A stretch of DNA of 64,000 bases from the NCBI GenBank assembly GCA_965113315.1, contig OZ220372.1. The stretch is one strand, 5' to 3'. The position numbers and the translations under genes are program-made. The stretch comes from Podarcis vaucheri. Lineage: Eukaryota. Under the pieces are notes generated by a model, which was not told where the DNA came from, did not search any database, and saw only the letters and a program-made list of their open reading frames with translations. Numbering within the stretch: position 1 is the first letter of the stretch; every line of letters begins with the position of its first letter. Of the stretch, positions 40,748-51,454 are shown in pieces.

Positions 40748-43689
40748 TAACCCTCTACAATTGTAGAGCTCCTACCACAGCTAACAAAAGATGTCTTCCT
40801 TCAGTGATAGAGGATGGGTAGCTTTGCAGGAGAGAAAAAGAAAAGAAAGCACACACTTGGGAAAATGTAGAAGCTCTCTTTCCTAGCTCTGCATGAAATG
40901 CAAGAGGTTGAATGCTACAAAAAGGAAGAGCCACAGCCCACACTTAAAGCTCAGGTAGAAATCAGTTATTTAATCCTACTGTTCATTGGCATTCATTCAG
41001 GAAAAGTTGTGTAACCAGGTACTGTACCAAACTAAAATTGGATATTGGTGGAAATCTTTTGACCCTGTCAGTTTTTTCTTCATTACAAAACATTAACTTG
41101 AACATTAGCTCTTGATCTGAACAAATATGTTAGAGAATGAAAGAATTATAGGCATGTGTTGCTTAACTGGGATTCTAAATACTTGTTTAAACAAGCTGTA
41201 AGTAAAAGTTTAAAATACTTTTGTCCTACCATTCAAGGAAATATTATTTTCCGTTGGTTTCCAGTAGAAATATCCATATTTCTGGTTCAAGTCTTGCCAT
41301 GCTTGCACAAATATAGCTAAAGCTACCACCTTCCTATGAGGGATAAACAGACTGGGGTAAGCTTGAGGTTTGTGAGGGTGCAAAAAAATAAGTGGTGGGA
41401 AGAAGCTCCGCTCCCAAAAACAACACCCAGGGAGAATTCAGTGGCTATAAAAAGCATTAGTAAAACCATTAAGCATTAGTAACGTAGCTGAGATTGAGCC
41501 CAAGTGTTTCCACCAGGTCCATGAAGATGGGGGAGGGCAGCTGGGTACACTTTCTCCGGGCCCTGGAGGGCTAAGCTGACCAGGGGGGCAACCCAGGACC
41601 AGCTTCTTTTTTGTTTTTGAGTTTATAACTATAACAAGACTCCCACCCCAGACCTCAGGTAAGCTCTGCATGGGGCTGATTCCACCCCATGCCCCCCCCC
41701 AAATTGGTGGGAACCAAAATGGAGAAAACTACCCACCACATAGAAGCCTCACTGATGTGCATCTGCACGACTCATTGTTCTAGACTTGCACTCCTTAGAA
41801 CAGTGACTCGAGCAGAAATACCCAGGAGATGGCCTCCTTCGAGTGTGGCAAATTCATAGCCTTGCACATGAATAGGAAACCTTTCCGAGTTCAGTAGCAA
41901 AGTGTGCCTCTCATATTCAGGGGGAAATAATGTGTCTCCACAGTTAAGAAACTTTGGGGGGAAATTGATGAAAATGGATGCGAGATTCAGCCTGTGTTCA
42001 GTAAACAGTGCCTTTTGATATTAACTCATAGTATTAAAAAATAATTTATCAGAGCACCAACCAGTGCCAGTTGAGATAATTCCTCTGGGAAGGGGCTTCC
42101 TCACTCAGTGCAGCAGCACCATCACAGGCAGCAGATTTTTTCCATTTCAGTCACAAAGGAGGTGGGAGTTAAGGATAGTCAGCTGGTCTCAACTAGGCCT
42201 GAATGGGACATGCGCTCCCTTGCAAACACAGCCTTTGAATTATTCTGGCTTTTTCTTCCTTGTTGGTGACTTCACTGCAGCTGCCTCCCTGAGCTACCTA
42301 TAGGATGTTGCATCCCCCTCAATCTCCTTCTCAAAAGTCCACCTTTTCTATGAAGCCTTTGACACAACCACATTATCTGTGGAAGCTAAGCCTAAGTGCA
42401 AATGAATTGAATACATTTTTCTACTTCCTTCCTCTATTGTTTGGCTTGTGTAGGATTTTAAACTTCTTGGGGCAGGAACCAGCTGTCTTTTTTCTCTGTA
42501 AAGCACCATGCACACTGATGACACTGAGTGCAGGCCTACCTTTTAAAATAATAAACTGAATAGAATGCAATGAACTTTATTATTAAAGTTTCTGTTTGTA
42601 TTTTTTTCTTTTAGCTGATGTTCTGTAGTACTGAAATTTTAACTCTGAAAATTGGTGTCTCTTATGTTGGTGACTCCAAGACTCCAGGTAGCAGTGAGCA
42701 GCATCTTGTTTTGATGGTGGGGTTGCCTAGGGGTTTGGCTCCCCACCCCCTCCCCACCTTCACCCTAGAATGGAATTTCCCTTGTCACCCTCATCAGAGG
42801 GCTATGAAATGTGCACTAAAGTGGGATAAATTTGGACATACTGTGGGACCTTGGGGGAAGGGTGGGTGATTAATAATAATAAGTGGGTGTGATTGTGCAG
42901 AGCAGAGGGAAAGCTTTGGTATACTGGGGCAAGTTAGAAAGAGGAAGATCAAGCCTTGTATGCAGGCCAAATTTGGTTCAGGGTGGCATACACATTGCAG
43001 ATTTAGGCATACCGGTAACCCACAACATGAAGGGTCAAGTTAGAAAAGAGAATCAGAGACTATAATCCATTTCATTTCACTTTTGCCTTTTAAATTCATT
43101 CATAGGAAATAGAGTTTCTGTAACGTTCCTGAAACCGGGAATGATTCTATTGGGTTTACAACTGAGCAGGGCAAAAAGCTATTAAAGTTCAGCAGAAACA
43201 GTTTAAGGGAAACCAACTTCATTATTTACATGAGCTAAATAAAGAGAACCAAAAGCAAGACAACACTACCAGTAATGCAGTTGCAGAAATCAGGATAGTT
43301 ATTGTTTCCCCTTTACTTTGTCTTTCCTCTCTGCATGAGTGTTTGTATGTCAAACAGCAAAGATCTGAGGATCAGAAATCAGACTTGTAACAGTACAGGC
43401 AAAAGTAATTTATTTTAATCCTTTGTGAATACAGTGAGTAATACAACTTCCAAGCTACTTCAGAAGTATGCACAGCTCCTGGGGCTAAAACGTTAGGTAT
43501 GCTGGCCTCCTGTATTTCCATACAAATGTGTGTAAAAGATCCAGGTTTATTGCTAATCTCCCAGGGCTACACTAAATACTTAACCATGAATGGATACAAG
43601 TTGTTTTGGAGTTTGGTACTTGTTAAAGGACAAACTGTCCTTGAGTTTCCTGCATCTTTTTTAACCTTTCAAATCTCTGCATGGAAGCT

Positions 43690-43905
43690 GTTTTTGAACA
43701 TCATGCTAAACCATAGTTTAGCATGAAGTGAATGAGCCTAGGTGAGCCTCAGGCTTGCATTCTCCTCTTCTCTCACTCAGGTGGGCAGAGGTTTGAAAGC
43801 TTTGGCTTTACTAGTTTGTTCCATCCAATCTGGTAAACATTAATGTTCCTTGAAACAAGTTGGCTTGTTTCAAACATCATAGTTCTCATTAAGCAGTTTG
43901 TTGAT
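43690..43905. repeat. Old repeat family with TAAACCA(T)RGTTTA palindromic cores (relatives at ~575-860, ~10290-10700, ~12295-12620, ~54690-54890)
   Basis: Recurring ATGCTAAACCATAGTTTAGCAT-type palindrome adjacent to a CTCCTCT(T)CCC / GGGAGAGGAG block. Confidence 0.45.
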
Positions 43906-44305
43906 CTGGATGAAGTGACAAATAATGAAGAAGTGGAAGCATCTGACTGCTCTCAGCTGTGTGGAGGAGGCGAGAGATCATGTATGTGTGAGACTAAGGC
44001 TCACCTAAGCTCGTTCGTGTCACTTAAGCTACAGTATAGTGTAGGAGTGTGGAATTTATGCCACTCCAAAGTAGCTGGACTGTCAGCTCACATCAGTCCA
44101 AGCTATTGTGGTTAATGGTAAAGGATGATGAGTGTTGTAGTCTAGCAATATCTGGAGTGCCGCAGGTTCCCCATGCCTGGTTCAGCACAATGTCCAAACT
44201 TGGCCTGAGTCCGTTATATGGGACTAGCATTTTTGTTTCATAGCTCTTCTGGTGATGCAGCTTTTCTGTATTTCCTGTAGGGTTGTTTGGTACAATTCAG
44301 CATTA

Positions 44306-45216
44306 CCATATTTTTCACCCTATAGGACGCACCAGCCCCATAGGATGCACCTAGTTTTTTTGGGGGGGAAATCAAGGGAAAAAAAATTATTTCCCCCCCA
44401 GGTTTGCACAGCCATCCCCAAGCTAGAAGAGGGAGACGGAGTGCTCCGTCTCCCTCTTCTGCCTTCAGGGACAGCCTCCCTAGCCTCTGTGGGGCAGCGG
44501 CTTGCCCCGCTGTACCCCGAGCTATAGGGCTGGCGATGGGGAGAAGCAAGCTTGCTTCTCCCCCCCACCAGCCTCCAGATCAGGTCCGGGAATAGCGGGG
44601 TGGCGGCGCTGCGTCTCCCCGCTATCCCCCGAGCTTGTGGGGCTGGCGGGGGGGAGAAGCAAGCTTGCTTCTCTCCCCCCCCCGCCAGCCTTCAGATCAG
44701 GTTGGGGAATAGCGGGGTGGCCGTGCTCCGCCTCCCCGCTATCCCCCGAGCTTGTGGGGCTGGCGGGGGGGGGGAGAAGTAAGCTTGCTTCTCCCCCCCC
44801 CCGTCAGCCTCCAGATGAGGTCGGGGAATAGTGGGGTGGCGGCGCTCCGCCTCCCCTTTATCCCCCGAGCTTGTGGGGCTGGCGGGGGGAGAAGTAAGCT
44901 TGCTCCCCCCCCCGCCAGCCTCCAGACCAGATTGGGGAATAGTGGGGTGGCGGCGCTGTGCCTCCCCACTATCCCCCGAGCTTGTGGGCTGCAGGCTGCT
45001 GCCCGCAAGCCTTGCGAGCCCGTGGGACCTCCCGCCGGGCTTGCAAGGCTTGCGGATAGCTTCCTGAAGCCTGGAGAGCGAGAGGGGTCGGTGCGCACTG
45101 ACCCCTCTCGCTCTCCAGGCTTCAGTAAAAGCCTGCATTCGCCCCATTGGACGCGCACACATTTCCCCTTCATTTTTGGAGGGGAAAAAGTGCGTCCTAT
45201 AGGGCGAAAAATACGG
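44306..45216. mobile_element. CCGTA-TIR MITE subfamily B (~910 bp), inverted relative to the 14502 copy, with an internal tandem array
   Basis: TA-CCATATTTTTC ... CGAAAAATACGG-TA; same palindrome at 45064-45125; about four ~110-120 bp tandem units at ~44515-44990. Confidence 0.85.
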
Positions 45217-45408
45217 TAATTGGTTCAGTGCATTAGATATTGCCCAGAATTTCCATGTAAGAGTGCTGCTTTCCACAATGTGTGGAAGGTAAGGTAGATT
45301 CAGATAATTGGAGTGATTTCAGTGATTCCAAGGTTTAGTTAATTGTATGAAGTTAACTTCAATTGTTCACATAAGCAATAGGTTTTATTTATGGACAACC
45401 TAATATGT

Positions 45409-45465
45409 ACATAGAATCATAGAATCATCTTAAAATAACACATAGAATCATCTTAAAATAACACA
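45409..45465 (+). repeat. Local tandem duplication of ACATAGAATCATCTTAAAATAAC
   Basis: Two adjacent copies plus a partial ATAGAATC unit. Confidence 0.75.
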
Positions 45466-45847
45466 TCTGTCTTAAAATGTTAGGCTTTATGTTTAAGTTC
45501 TAGGATTCATTCATTAAGAACCTCGTTATTTGACATTTTCATCCCAATATTATGGATGTTTGCTCAGGAGGAAATCCCATTAAGTTCAGGAAGACTCCAG
45601 TAACCACCTCACAGAAGTAGTCCAGGAGGATACTGCTGTCGTTGGTATAAAAAATTTTCAACAGATTGAAAAGCAAGAGCCAGAGATGTATTCTCCTTGC
45701 CCTAGTTCTTGGTACAGGTCATCAGGGCAACACAGGCTGATTTAGTCACCAAACCAAGCCTGATTCCAGATAGAACTGGATCCAGATAGTTTGTACTCAA
45801 GGACTGCTTCTCCCCATATGAACCAACTCAAACCATGCTAACATCAT

Positions 45848-45975
45848 CTGAAGCCCTTCTTTGTGTGCTTCTTCCATGAGAGGTCTGGAGGGTGGCAACA
45901 CAAGGACAGGCCTTTTCTGTGGTGGCTCCCTGTTTGTGGATTGCTGTTCCCAGGAGGCTCATCTGGTGCCTTCTT
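45848..45975 (+). mobile_element. L2-clade fragment, inverted relative to ~4240-4320
   Basis: GGCCTTTTCTGTGGTGGCTCCC and ~80 nt upstream align with the reverse complement of 4238-4322. Confidence 0.65.
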
Positions 45976-45978
45976 TAA

Positions 45979-46090
45979 AACCAAATGAACAAACAAACTG
46001 AACCAAATGAACAAACCATATGAATGAACAAACCAAATGAACAAACAAAAAAAAAACCCCAAATGAGCCAAATCCAAATGAACAAACAAA
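45979..46090 (+). repeat. A/C-rich simple repeat (CCAAATGAACAAA-like units)
   Basis: Directly visible degenerate tandem units. Confidence 0.7.
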
Positions 46091-46641
46091 ATATCCTGCA
46101 GCTCCTTTGCTACCACCTTGCCCAAGAAGCGAGTATTGGTGACCAGGTGGTACTTATTGTAAACCTCTTCAAGAGTGAATGTGCCAGCAAGCCCCATTTC
46201 ATTGCACAGTAGCATGTTCTCCACACCCTGGACTGACCTAATCAGTCCCCCACCCCACCTGGCTTTCATCAGCCAGAATGGGTAGCGTTCAAGAGAGCTT
46301 GTTCCATCATTGCAAGAGTCATGCCCACCTTCACAGTTGACTGTGAAGAGCCAAAGGTCTCCAGTTCAGTGCGTTTTTTTAAAAAAATGAAACTCTGCAG
46401 AGGTCTATGGCAGTTTTAAACTATTTAAAGGTGGCCGAAACATGTTGAGTGTGTTTTGCTCCTGATGGTTCTTGAATCTGTACTATATAAAGAGACCATG
46501 TTATCTATTATGCTATTCTGCTTTGTTATTGTAGCACTGAATTTTGCTACTGACCCATGTCCTCATTGAACTTAGGGCCAAGATAGTGATATGTTAAATG
46601 TTTGAATGCATTTAACTTGCTGACTTCTCTCCCCCTCCCAT

Positions 46642-47174
46642 GTTGTTGTTTAGTCGTTTAGTCGTGTCCGACTCTTCATGACCCCATGGACCAGAGCACG
46701 CCAGGCACTTCTGTCTTCCACTGCCTCCCGCAGTTTAGTCAGATTCATGCTGGTAGCTTCGAGAACACTATCCAACCATCTTGTCCTCTGTCATCCCCTT
46801 CTCCTTGTGCCCTCCATCTTTCCCAACATCAGGGTCTTTTCCAGGGAGTCTTCTCTTCTCATGAGGTGGCCAAACTATTGGAGTCTCAGCTTGAGGATCT
46901 GTCCTTCCAGTGAGCACTCAGGGCTGATTTCCTTAAGAATGGAGAGGTTGGATCTTCTTGCAGTCCATGGGACTCTCAAGAGTCTCCTCCAGCACCATAA
47001 TTCAAAAGCATCAATTCTTCGGCGATCAGCCTTCTTTATGGTCCAGCTCTCTCTTCCATACATCACTACTGGGAAAACCATAGCTTTAACTATACGGACC
47101 TTTGTTGGCAAGGTGATGTCTCTGCTTTTTAAGATGCTCTCTAGCTTTGTCATTGCTTTTCTCCCAAGAAGCAG
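46642..47174 (-). mobile_element. 5'-truncated RTE/BovB LINE, 3' end
   Basis: Minus-strand peptide LLLGRKAMTKLESILKSRDITLPTKVRIVKAMVFPVVMYG.ESWTIKKA.RRRIDAFELWCWRRLLRVPWTARRSN is the BovB C-terminus; (CAA)n tail; 12-bp near-perfect TSD tcc(c/a)cctcccat at 46630-46641 and 47175-47186. Confidence 0.92.
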
Positions 47175-48574
47175 TCCACCTCCCATAAGATGCCATTAAT
47201 GCCAATACCTGCTTCATCGGTACTGCAATGTTTGTGGGGAATAATTAAATCTCTCCTCCCCATACTCTGCAGTTGTGCTCTCCCTGTGCCTTTAAAAACT
47301 TTTTTGAAAAGTTTGGCTGTCATCATGAATTTAATGTTTTGTCTAGCTTGACTGTTGGCCATTTTTTTGTACATGTTTGCCCATATAACGCCACTAATTG
47401 TCTAGGAATGAAACTGGGCTGAATAGATTTAATCTGGTATTTTAGAATGATCAGTTCCCACATGCGTTTTCCCCACTTAATGCAAACAGCTATCACAAAT
47501 GAAACATTATAGATGGCATTTCCATATGACTGTACTTTCTAGGAAGGAAGTTCACACATTTAACTGCAAGTCAACTGACAAGTCATCACAGGACTAGTTC
47601 ATGCGCATTTTTAAAAGTTTCTACCCCCTACATTCAGTTCTAGCAATCAAAATAAGCTGTGAATCTGTCTCTTTAGTGGGGATTTATAAAGTAACAGTGC
47701 ATTTCATGCATCCAAGCAACACATTAATGAAAGTATCTGCTGTAAAGTGTTGAAATAGGTATGGTCTGTGGAGTCAAAGATGTGTAGGAGATCCTAAAAT
47801 GGAACTATATTTGAGACTTGCCTGTCTCTACACTGCAATGAAGGTAACCTCCCTCTGAACAAAATTACTGTAACCAGTTCATAAACTGATTTGTGAATCC
47901 TCAGGGATCTGCTGATGATGAAGGGAACCCCAACCAAGGTTCACAATGTGAACTCACAGAGTATAATTCCCAGAATGGAACTGAAATGTTGAGAGAGAGG
48001 GAAGATGGCGGGTAGAGGCAGAGGCCAGAGGCAGCCAGCTATCAGAGGAATTCAGTGCCTCCTTCATAAGCACTGTTCCACGTCATCACTGATCTTCCTT
48101 CCACCTTCCACTGTGTATTACACTGCCAGTTGACCCCACTCACTACTTCATCCTTCACTGTTTGTCTCCTCTCATGTTTATGCCTAATTCCTCCTTTCAC
48201 ATACTGCCTCCAGTAGAGCAACAGGTTCAGCCCACCCTCTGGATATGTTTAAGGAAGGGCAATGACTAGCAGTGTTAATTAGTGAGAACTACATTGGATT
48301 TATGAAGATGCACATTGTGAAGTAACTCCACACCCCCCATCATAATATGACCATTCACTTCATAGGAATAAACTGGAGAACAGAACTTCCCAGACGTACA
48401 CTGGAAAGTCAAAGATGGGGATGAAGGTGGGGAAAGGAGAGTCAAACTGGTTGTGCAGGATAAAAACTGTTATGATGAAGACAGTACTGCAGTGCTGGTT
48501 CACAAAATGTGGACTATGGTGGTAAAATTCAGTATCTCTAAGGCATGGAAAGTATTCTGAGAAATCCTTATATA

Positions 48575-49063
48575 CTGTATTTTTCGCTCCATAAGACACA
48601 CTTTTCCCCTCCTAAAAAGTAAGGGGAAATGTGTGTGCGTCTTATGGAGCGAATGCAGGGGGGAGGCAGGCAGGAAAAGCCCCCGAGAGCCGCACACAAG
48701 CTCAGCGCGGCTCTTGTGGGCTTTTCCCCAGGAGGGAGAAGGGATTGACGCTTCCAGTCAGTCCCTTCTCCCTCCTCGTAGAAAAGCCCGCAGGAGCCGC
48801 GCGTTCCTTAAAGGGTGCACGGTTCCTGTGGGCTTTTGCGGGAGGTGGGGGAATTGCCATAGCCGTGTGCAGCCTCTCTTGGTCTGAGAGGCTGCGCACG
48901 GCTAAAGAAGCCAAGACAGCGAGCGGGATGGATCCCGCTCGCTGTCTTGGCTTCTTTGCTCTTTGGGACTGTGGGGGGGGGGATAATATTTTTTCTTGAT
49001 TTCCCCCTCTAAAAACTAGGTGCGCCTTATGGTCAGGTGTGCCTTATGGAGCGAAAAATACGG
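48575..49063. mobile_element. CCGTA-TIR MITE subfamily C (~490 bp)
   Basis: TA-CTGTATTTTTCGCTCCATAAG ... CTTATGGAGCGAAAAATACGG-TA; internal hairpin at ~48904-48957. Confidence 0.85.
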
Positions 49064-50142
49064 TAAAATGTGTTGATACCACTAAGTAGGGGTGAGTATT
49101 GTGTGCATTACTAGGGCATAGCAAGCTGTAATACTGGTAAGGGGAAAAAAACATAATTTGGATTGGATATTGGTATTTAAAATTGAAGTTTAGCTGGGCA
49201 AGCTTTAGAGTCAGGAATGAAGTGGTTAAGCATGGATTGGGTAACATAACAGAAATTTGCATTTCATAAGATGCATGGAGTAAATTAAATTACCTTGCAT
49301 AGTATTGCCTCAGGGTTGGGAGGAAGGGGTTAACTTTGTTTTCCATTAGGATCATGAGTTCTTTTAACATTTCCTTTAACGGTTTGTAGCAGCCTGCATC
49401 TAGCTCAAACCAGTACTGAAATAGCTTAGTAAAAAAGTAATGGAGATTTTTCAAAGTACCTTGCAGCTTGACTCTAGAGTTCATGGGCCAACATAATTAA
49501 TGGCAAAGTCTAAAAGAAGATTAAAGCAATTAGAGTAAAATTCCTTTCAGACTCTATTGTTAATCCCCTTGTTTGGGGGAAATCCTAAATACCATTATCA
49601 GCTATCATAACTTTCTTAGCGCTTCCATGTAGGAAACTGCATGTAAATTGTGCACAAATAGTTGTGTGTGATCTCACGGGAGGGCAGTAGCCACGGGTTG
49701 TGGCTTCCTGATGTGGATACACAGTGACAAAGATGCATATTCAATTAACTACATGTGATCTGAATGTGATCTTGCATGAGTTTCTTGTATATCTAAAATT
49801 GGAAAAAGTTTCCAATCTTCTTACAATCCCTCCCCTCCCTTAGCAGTCTTGCTGGCATGGCCACTCTTCTGTCTTTTCTATGAAACCTGCCACTGCTATG
49901 CACCAACATGGTATCTAGCAGACTGGTGTCTTTTCAGTAGAAAGACATGGATTGTTTTGTGGATGTTCTCATCTGAATACCAGTTAAAATGGGCCTGTGA
50001 TGAGTCAGTGTGGAAAAGTAATGTCATGTTTTGTCTTGCCCAGTAGCTTGGGAAGAACAAGGGTCTAAGAGTGTATTAAAGGTGCTCTCCAGCTTTGGTA
50101 GAGGTAGCTGATGTTCTCAGTTATAGTCAGCATTCAAAATTA

Positions 50143-50560
50143 GCTGGGCCTTTTGCAACTGGATGGAGATGTCCAGGAGCCACCCTTGGCGTCTAGCATC
50201 TCCACCTGTCTGGGTGCAATCAGCTGGTCTGCAGGGGGGACAGCAGCAGCAAAAGACACTTGTCTTTTGCTGCAGCACTACCCCTGGCAAATACCTGATT
50301 CTCCCAGCAGCACAGCAGCAAAAGATGCACCTTTTTTTGCTGCTGAGTTGCTGGGCAGATCAGGTGTTTGGTGGGGTACTGTGCTACCCTGCAGACCCCC
50401 TGATTTACAAGGCAGCAAATAAAAATAAAATAAATTTCTGCCAGGTGAATCAGGTGTTTGGTGGGGCAGAGTGATAACAAAAGACGTGTCTACCCAGCAG
50501 ACCCCTGATCTGCCTGGCAGCATTTTTTATTTTTTGCTGCAGGGCTGCCTGGTCTGGTAG
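50143..50560. repeat. Unclassified palindrome-rich repeat with internal CAGCAGCAAAA/TTTTGCTGC and ATCAGG/CCTGAT reiterations
   Basis: Internal direct and inverted reiterations; homology to 31283-31456. Confidence 0.65.
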
Positions 50561-51367
50561 TGGGGCAGTCCCCCCACCCCAATGGTGTCTAGACGTTTTG
50601 GTGCCCATAACCTAGGTCCCAGGAGCCACATGGCTCCTAGCATTCATATCCCAGTTTCTAACAATGGTATTTTAGTGCTACATGTGGTTTCCTTGTAAAA
50701 CTTTTCAACAGTCCATAAGATAACTGGCAAAAGAGCAAAATGTAGAGGCATAGGTAAATGCAGGGACATAGTTCCATTATTTGCTCCCAGTGCAGAGTAA
50801 AATTAGAAAATGGGTTGTATGACTACTTATAAAAAGAATACAGTAATCTAGGTAGAAAGATGAGTTCTGTAGCTGCATTTGACTAAGTAACATCCTAGTA
50901 GTGCTATCAGATTAATTAATAATAATTGCTATAATGCCAGTCAAGTGGTTGTGCCTGAAATTATAAATAGAATCATCAAGACACTTCGGTTTCAGCTACA
51001 TTCTTTTTAATACTCTGCATGATATCACAGGGAAGCTTGGACAGGGTCTATTCTGGGTTTTGCAAAAGAAGATGCCAATTTGCCTGAAATAGCAGGGAAG
51101 GACAAAATGGGAGGAGCCCTAAGAAGGCTTACCTGTTCCATGGCATTTATTATTGCTGTGTGTCAAGGGGCTTGGCCAGTGGAAAACAGAGTACTGATTT
51201 CTACAGGCTGACACAGGATGAGGGAAGGCAAAACTGTAGAGAAGACTATGCTTCCTTCAAAGCTTTATCCCTGCTTTCCTTCTGCTGTGCGTTAAGTGTG
51301 GACTTTAACAGTCAATTCTCCTTTTGTGTGCACAAGTCTCTCAGCATATTTGCCTCTGAGTCTCCTA

Positions 51368-51454
51368 ATGGATCTTTCCAAGAGAGATTTTTGCCCAGTG
51401 TTTGTAATCATAAATTCACACTGTTGTTGTTCTCACACAGACTGTGGTAAAGAG
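51368..51454 (+). CDS. WNK1: WNK1 exon 4a coding part: alternative first exon of kinase-deficient kidney-specific KS-WNK1
   Basis: ATG at 51368 reads MDLSKRDFCPVFVIINSHCCCSHTDCGKE, then GAG|gtaaga donor, phase 0, matching exon 5. Closely resembles the mammalian exon 4a peptide (recalled as MDIKKKDFCSVFVIINSHCCCCPQKDCINE) and lies in intron 4 as expected. Confidence 0.92.

Noticed and set aside
44238-45276. Many overlapping 80-190 aa ORFs and a repeat array that could be mistaken for a CRISPR or coding repeat
   Set aside because: GC-rich, stop-poor tandem units inside a TIR-bounded MITE; no unique spacers, and the context is a eukaryotic intron.
46678-47199. 173-aa + strand ORF
   Set aside because: It is the antisense frame of the BovB fragment; there is no sign of an independent gene.
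48050-48210. Possible mariner transposase HTH remnant on the minus strand (RQTVKDE..SG)
   Set aside because: Too short and degenerate; no TIRs found.
51181-51195. GGAAAAcagAGTACT as a possible glucocorticoid/mineralocorticoid response element near exon 4a
   Set aside because: The left half-site lacks the invariant C; such matches are common by chance.
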